From positions 352,001 to 416,000 of the forward strand of contig CAVUWV010000001.1 of NCBI GenBank assembly GCA_963745075.1: a stretch of DNA of 64,000 bases, written 5' to 3'. The position numbers were made by a program, and so were the translations under genes. Below are positions 58,455 to 64,000 of this stretch, one piece after another (positions within the stretch are counted from its first letter, which is position 1; every line of letters begins with the position of its first letter). Origin of the DNA: Candidatus Hydrogenedentota bacterium. Lineage in GTDB: Bacteria; Hydrogenedentota; Hydrogenedentia; Hydrogenedentales; SLHB01. Below the pieces are notes generated by a model. It saw nothing but the letters and a program-made list of their open reading frames with translations. It was not told where the DNA came from and did no database searches.

Positions 58455-60953
58455 ATGATGGGGATGATGGGGATGCAAGCCGGATTAGACTTGAGAGCGT
58501 GTAGTGTGTGCCTGCTGGCGTTGTGGACCCTGACCGGCGCTTTTTCGGCGGAGGCCGATCCCGACCGGGAGGCGGTCCGGACTTCCCATGTGAGCATTAT
58601 CATCGACGCGGGCGGGGACGGGGTCGAGCAGCATGTCGCCGACGTGTTGCGGGACCGGATCCTTCGTCGCAGCCATGTAGCGGTGGACATCGCGGAGAGA
58701 GCCAATTCGGACTCGGGTCTTCGCGTTTATCTCGGGCGGCGCGACGGGGGATCGGAGCGGTTCGCGAAACTCGTGGAGCACTATTGGGTGACGTTACCGG
58801 GCAAAGAGCGCGTCGCGCCGGAGGGATATGCGGTCAAGCTGGCGCGGGACTCGGATGGTCCGCTGGTGATCGCGGAAGGGGCGGACGCCCGCGGGGTGTT
58901 GTACGCGGCGGGTGAGGTGCTCCGGCGGTTTTCGTATGGCCCGGATTGTATATCGTTAGCGCCGACCGATGTCAGCGCAGCTCCCGCGTACCGGTTCCGT
59001 GGGTCGTCGGCCAATCAAGGTGGCACCATGCGCACGAAGACCGGCGCGCGTGCGTGGACCCAACAAGAGGCACGGGACTACATGCTGGACTTCGCGCTGG
59101 CCGGAGCGAACACGTTTTACGCGAGCGGAGCGGATTTTGACTTCGTCAAACAGTTCGATTTGATGACCGTGGGCGGGTGCCGGCCCAACGAGTACAAAGG
59201 CGACGTTCCGCCGGAGTGGAAGGCGGGCGGTCTCGAGTTCTGGGAAGGGGACAAGTGGGTTTGTCCGTCCGTACCGGAAGCGCGCGCCGCGCTGTTGGAA
59301 CAGTGGGACCAGGAATTCGCCCAAACGCAGGACCACGATATTTTGCGCCTGTACGCGGGCGATCCGGGTGGATGCCGTTGTCCGCGCTGTGAACCGTGGG
59401 GTAAGACCTTTGTCGAGTTATGCGAGGAGGTGGCACAAGTCTGGCTGAAGCATCACCCTGACAGCATCGTTCAGATCGCCAATCAGGATTTGAGCAACCA
59501 AGGGGATCAAGCCATCTTCGACTATCTCAATGCCAAGCCGCGGCTTTGGCTCGAAGGTATTGCCTACGGTCCGGGCAGCAACGCGATGTCCTACTACTTC
59601 CGCGATCGGTTGCGCGAAGACCTGTTCGAATACCCGGGGTCAGGGCCGGTTAACCGCTACTTGAGGGAGATTCTCAACAACATTCCCCGGTATCAGCACA
59701 TCACGCATTACTCGGATATCACCCACTGGGTCAGCGCCCAGTATATGGTCGAAAATCCGGAGCCGCATATTGAGAAGGTATACGGCCGGCGCACGTTTCA
59801 TACGCGTCCCGCCGCGTTTTACCGGATCTTCCAATCAATCATGCCCTTTTCCGAAGGGGACATCATCTACTCCGAGGGGTATCACGACGAACTTCATCAG
59901 TACATGTGGAACCGGCTGCTTTGGAATCCGAACCGTTCGCTTGAGGACGTGCTGAAGGAGTACTGCGATTTTCAGTTCGGTCCCGAAGCGGCGCCGGATA
60001 TGCTCGAAGCGATGCTGCAACTCGAGAAGAATCTGGAGACGCCGCTGGCCGGGAACGACGGTGTCGATCGGTTCTATCTGTTGGTGAAGGAGGCGGGGTG
60101 GAAGATGCCGGAGTTCCGCATGAACGGGAATTACCGGTGGCGGCTCTATATGCAGAAGGCCGCCCTCGACAAGTATGTCCAACTAAAACTGCGGCGTGAA
60201 CTGGAGCGCGAGTCGCAAATCGAGACTTGGGTTCGAGACGATTCGGACCATGCCGTTGAGCAGACGCGCCGGCTCGCAGCCGAACCGCTCGAAACTGGCG
60301 AGATGGCGGCGTTGCGCGAGGAGGCCGGACGGTTGGGCGAAGAGAGCGATCAGATCATGGGTGTCCGAAACGTGGGGTATTTTGCCCTGGATACCCCGCT
60401 GACGGCCCTCGACTGGACCCTGAAACAGTTGGAAGCGGCGTCGCAGGGAACGCAGACGGAACAGTTCGGGGCACTTAAACGCGCGGTCTTGTACGAGGAT
60501 CCCGGGCCGGGAGGATTTTACGACGACGCGGGAACAAAGGGGCATCAGCCGCACCTGATCAAAGGCGAAGTCTACGACGCGTCGCGCCGGCTGGATGCCG
60601 CGTGCCGGCCCAGTCAAGGCACGATCGCATACGACCTGGAACAAGACGGCGTGGCGTTCCGGTACACGGACCTCGATTCACGCGCGTCGTACAAGGTTCG
60701 GCTGACGATGGTCCTACCCCGGCATTGGATGGAGACCGACCTGGATCCGCCGCATGGCGTCCAGATGCAAAACGTCCTGGCGGACGGGACGTATATTGCC
60801 AAGGACGTGGTGATTCCCGAACTCACTCCCCAGGAGTTCGAGTACGACATACCGCGATCGGCGACGAAGGACGGGTCTCTGACGATCGATATCGAACGCG
60901 GCGAGGGTTCACGAGGGGTTTCGGTCTCGGAAGTGTGGTTGGTGAAGAAATAG
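58455..60953 (+). CDS. Secreted hypothetical protein with GH20/GH67-like N-terminal domain (putative glycoside hydrolase)
   Basis: PEGYAV...G.DARG.LYAAGE.LR, P.Y.FRG, GDPGGC.C..C; signal peptide. Confidence 0.7.
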   Translation: MMGMMGMQAGLDLRACSVCLLALWTLTGAFSAEADPDREAVRTSHVSIIIDAGGDGVEQHVADVLRDRILRRSHVAVDIAERANSDSGLRVYLGRRDGGSERFAKLVEHYWVTLPGKERVAPEGYAVKLARDSDGPLVIAEGADARGVLYAAGEVLRRFSYGPDCISLAPTDVSAAPAYRFRGSSANQGGTMRTKTGARAWTQQEARDYMLDFALAGANTFYASGADFDFVKQFDLMTVGGCRPNEYKGDVPPEWKAGGLEFWEGDKWVCPSVPEARAALLEQWDQEFAQTQDHDILRLYAGDPGGCRCPRCEPWGKTFVELCEEVAQVWLKHHPDSIVQIANQDLSNQGDQAIFDYLNAKPRLWLEGIAYGPGSNAMSYYFRDRLREDLFEYPGSGPVNRYLREILNNIPRYQHITHYSDITHWVSAQYMVENPEPHIEKVYGRRTFHTRPAAFYRIFQSIMPFSEGDIIYSEGYHDELHQYMWNRLLWNPNRSLEDVLKEYCDFQFGPEAAPDMLEAMLQLEKNLETPLAGNDGVDRFYLLVKEAGWKMPEFRMNGNYRWRLYMQKAALDKYVQLKLRRELERESQIETWVRDDSDHAVEQTRRLAAEPLETGEMAALREEAGRLGEESDQIMGVRNVGYFALDTPLTALDWTLKQLEAASQGTQTEQFGALKRAVLYEDPGPGGFYDDAGTKGHQPHLIKGEVYDASRRLDAACRPSQGTIAYDLEQDGVAFRYTDLDSRASYKVRLTMVLPRHWMETDLDPPHGVQMQNVLADGTYIAKDVVIPELTPQEFEYDIPRSATKDGSLTIDIERGEGSRGVSVSEVWLVKK

Positions 60954-60970
60954 GCGGGGGTGCGATAGGC

Positions 60971-61813
60971 CTAATCTTCCGCGACGCCCTGATACCCAGG
61001 GACATCGTGCACAATGGTGCCACCGTAGAACCGTTGCGTTCCGCGGGACGTTTGGAGTTCCAACGCGCCGGTGGCGTCGATGCCGGTGCAAATTCCTGCG
61101 ATTTCATCGGAGTCCATACGAAGCCGAACGCGGCGGCCACGAAGCATGCAGCGACTGATCCATGCCTGGGGAAGTGCCGAATCGGCATGGGCGAGTTGAT
61201 CAAACCGCTTCTCGAGGGATTGAAGCACGCAGACCAGGGCTTCCGTCAACTGTGTGCGCCGGGCGGTGAGGTCGAGTAGGGATGTCGCGATGATTTGGAG
61301 TTCCTCAGGAGCGTTCCGCACGGAATTGTTCACGTTGATTCCGACACCCAGCACGAGGCGCGGCGTTCGGTTTAAGTGCAATTCCGGCAGGATGCCGCAG
61401 ATCTTTCGTTGTTCCATGCACACGTCATTGGGCCACCGGATTCCGAATCGGGTGTTGGGCGTCATCGATTCCAGCGCGTCGCAAATACCCACCGCGGCGG
61501 CAAGGGCGAAGCGGGGCCAGGACTCCGGTTGTACGGTGTCGGAATGCAGGTCGAGGATGAGCGAGAACGTGAGTGCTCCGGACGACGACCACCATGCGTT
61601 GGCGCCGCGTCCCCGTCCGGCGGTCTGCAACTCGGTCAAGACCAACGCGGGAACGGGGAGGTGCGGCTGGGCGGCGAGTTCCATTGCTCGCGTATTCGTC
61701 GATTGAAGGCTGCGGTGGTAGTCGACGTGTCCCGCGAAGGTTTCGCGTCGAATTCGGGAGACGGAGAACCGTCGGCGAACGGGTCGACCGGTCATTTTGG
61801 AGGTCCTGGACAC
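60971..61813 (-). CDS. birA: Biotin--protein ligase (no N-terminal HTH)
   Basis: STN, QTAGRGRG..W.S, RWPND, KICGIL.E, GVGIN, GID.TGAL. Confidence 0.92.
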   Translation of the reverse strand: MSRTSKMTGRPVRRRFSVSRIRRETFAGHVDYHRSLQSTNTRAMELAAQPHLPVPALVLTELQTAGRGRGANAWWSSSGALTFSLILDLHSDTVQPESWPRFALAAAVGICDALESMTPNTRFGIRWPNDVCMEQRKICGILPELHLNRTPRLVLGVGINVNNSVRNAPEELQIIATSLLDLTARRTQLTEALVCVLQSLEKRFDQLAHADSALPQAWISRCMLRGRRVRLRMDSDEIAGICTGIDATGALELQTSRGTQRFYGGTIVHDVPGYQGVAED

Positions 61814-61871
61814 GAAGTCTTAATCCTTCGTTACGGCGCGGTCATCAGGCAAACGCGAGCCCATGAATTGG

Positions 61872-64000
61872 TTATTCCAGCCGCACGAGGAGGTCGCCGG
61901 CTTCGACTTGCGTTTTGGGTCCGGCTGACAACTCCGCGACGCGCGAATTTCGCGGCGCGTAGAGGGTCATTTCCATCTTCATGGCTTCGAGGGTCAACAG
62001 TTTTTGTCCTTCGCTCACCTCGTCGCCGACTTGCACGGCCACGTTGACCACGAGCCCGGGCATGGGGGCGGCGACCTGATCGGGATCGGCGGGATCGGCT
62101 TTCGGGCGCTTCACGACCTGGGATTCGAGCGACGCGTCGATAACGGTGGCGTTGCGCGGTTGGCCGTTGAGTTCGAAGAAGACGGTGCGATTCCCATCGG
62201 GATGGGGGTCGCCGATGGTGACGCATTTTAGAATGAACGTTTTGCCGGGTTCGATCTCGAAAGCGGTTTCCTGCCCCGGTTGCAACCCGTAAAAGAACAC
62301 GGACGTGGGGAGGACGCTGGTGTCGGAGTAGGTTTGCTGATGGCGCGCGTAATCGTCGAACACACGCGGGTAGAGCAAATAGGACAGGATATCCTGATGA
62401 GATGGTTCGTAGCCGAGCACTTTCTTGAGTTGAGCCGACGTCGCCTTGAAATCGGCCGGCTTCATGGCCGAGCCGGGTCGGCCGCGCAACGGCGTTGCAC
62501 CGCGCAAGACACGCTTCTTCAGTTTCGCCGGGAAACCGCCGGGGGGCTGTCCCAACCGTCCCATCATCATGTCCACTACTGATTCGGGAAAGGCGAGTTC
62601 GCGCTTGGATTCCAGCACGTCGTTCGTTGTCAGATTGTTGGCGACCATGAACAGCGCCATGTCGCCGACCACTTTTGAGGTAGGCGTCACTTTGACGATA
62701 TCGCCGAACATGCGATTGACTTCGGCGTACATCTCGCGGACTTCGGGCCAGCGGTCGGCTACGCCCAAGGCCTGGGCCTGCGCGTAAAGGTTGGTAAGCT
62801 GCCCGCCGGGCATTTCGTGCTGGTAAACCTCCGCGGTGGAGGCTTTCTGGCCCGTTTCAAAGGCGGCATACTGTTCGCGCACCTCTTCCCAGTACGCGGC
62901 GAGCATTCGCAAATGGTCCGGATCGAGCCCGGTCTTTCGGGGGTGGAATCGCATGGCTTCGACCAGCGAATCCAGGTTGGGTTGGGACGTCATGCCGGAC
63001 ATGGGGGCGCTGGCGCCGTCCACGATGTCCGCGCCGGCTTCGGCGGCCAGCAAGAGCGCCGCGGACTGGACACCGCCGGTATCGTGGGTATGAAAGTGAA
63101 TGGGGATTCCGATTTCCTGTTTGAGGGTTCGAACGAGCAACTGGGCGGCGTAGGGTTTGCACAAGCCGGCCATGTCTTTGATGGCGAGGATGTGGGCGCC
63201 CATTTGTTCGATGCGTTTGGCCAGTTCCACATAGTATTTGAGGCTATACTTGGTACGTTTCGGGTTCGTGATGTCGCCGGTATAGCACATGGCAACTTCG
63301 CACAGTTTATCGGCGTTTCGGACTGCGTCGACCGCCACGCGAAGGTTCGGTTCCCAGTTCAGTGCATCGAAAATCCGGAACAGATCGATCCCGGCATCGG
63401 CGGATTCTTTGACGAAGGCCCGAACGACGTTGTCGGGATAGCTCGTGTAGCCGACCGCGTTCGAGGCGCGAATCAGCATCTGGAAGAGGATATTGGGAAT
63501 GCGCTCGCGCAGTTCGGTCAAGCGTTGCCAGGGGGACTCATTGAGGAACCGCATGGAGGTGTCGAAGGTTGCGCCGCCCCACATTTCGATGGAGAACATT
63601 TCGGGCGCGAGCCGGGCGTAGGCGTCGGCGATGGCCAGCATGTCGTAGGTGCGCATGCGTGTGGCCAGCAAGGATTGATGGGCGTCGCGAAATGTCGTAT
63701 CGGTCAACAGAAGCCGTTTCTGTTTTTGAATCCAGCGACTGAACTTTTCGGGACCCAACTCCTGGAGCCGCTGGCGCGTACCCTTGGGTGGAGCCATTTT
63801 GGTTTGCACGGGCGGGGGCTCGGGCGGCTCGAACCGGGCCGGGACCGGGCGGTCTTTGACCAGGGGGTGCCCGTTCACCGCGATTTCCGCCAGGTAGGTC
63901 AGCAGTTTTGTGGCACGATCGCGTCGCGGGACGATCTCGAACAATTTCGGTGTCTCGTCGATGAACCGCGTCGTGCATTCCCCGCGAACGAAGGAAGGGT
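61872..64000 (-). CDS. pyc: Pyruvate carboxylase, C-terminal part (runs off window)
   Basis: DTTFRDAHQSLLATR, WGGATFD, IKDMAGL, HFHTHDT, HEMPGGQ, IVKVTPTSKVVGD, EAMKM biotinyl motif. Confidence 0.96.
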   Translation of the reverse strand, partial: PSFVRGECTTRFIDETPKLFEIVPRRDRATKLLTYLAEIAVNGHPLVKDRPVPARFEPPEPPPVQTKMAPPKGTRQRLQELGPEKFSRWIQKQKRLLLTDTTFRDAHQSLLATRMRTYDMLAIADAYARLAPEMFSIEMWGGATFDTSMRFLNESPWQRLTELRERIPNILFQMLIRASNAVGYTSYPDNVVRAFVKESADAGIDLFRIFDALNWEPNLRVAVDAVRNADKLCEVAMCYTGDITNPKRTKYSLKYYVELAKRIEQMGAHILAIKDMAGLCKPYAAQLLVRTLKQEIGIPIHFHTHDTGGVQSAALLLAAEAGADIVDGASAPMSGMTSQPNLDSLVEAMRFHPRKTGLDPDHLRMLAAYWEEVREQYAAFETGQKASTAEVYQHEMPGGQLTNLYAQAQALGVADRWPEVREMYAEVNRMFGDIVKVTPTSKVVGDMALFMVANNLTTNDVLESKRELAFPESVVDMMMGRLGQPPGGFPAKLKKRVLRGATPLRGRPGSAMKPADFKATSAQLKKVLGYEPSHQDILSYLLYPRVFDDYARHQQTYSDTSVLPTSVFFYGLQPGQETAFEIEPGKTFILKCVTIGDPHPDGNRTVFFELNGQPRNATVIDASLESQVVKRPKADPADPDQVAAPMPGLVVNVAVQVGDEVSEGQKLLTLEAMKMEMTLYAPRNSRVAELSAGPKTQVEAGDLLVRLE

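Overview
High-GC bacterial chromosomal window. The gene set (DUF1559 prepilin-like protein, Tat-exported oxidoreductases, many glycoside hydrolases) suggests a Hydrogenedentes/PVC-like lineage, which is inference only. 1-18 kb: purE 3' end, cNMP-binding protein, PTS-EIIA/zinc-ribbon fusion, carbamoyltransferase + SxtJ-like + DUF5989 triad, frameshifted OmpA lipoprotein, MFS transporter, IS200-type tnpA remnant, hydrolases, degenerate HD-GYP protein, GDPD. 18-21.5 kb (the most unusual part): an orphan HGGxSTG-type protein + phage large-terminase pair with no other phage genes. It is filled with several REP/short tandem repeat families and sits on an extreme C-rich to G-rich strand-skew inversion that falls inside terL; gene orientation across the window mostly points away from this site. 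21.6-28 kb: DUF4160/DUF2442 pair, sugar ABC transporter, PilZ-REC protein, RlmI-like methyltransferase, tRNA-Ala(GGC). 28-47.5 kb: small genes with degenerate attC-like sites, then a sigma54-controlled Cus-like metal-resistance cluster with four -24/-12 promoter matches. 47.8-64 kb: Gfo/Idh/MocA, a sialidase-like gene bracketed by inverted REP pairs, GH2, VIT-vWA + exosortase K, birA, partial pyc. Several frameshifts sit in homopolymers, so some apparent pseudogenes may be assembly errors.
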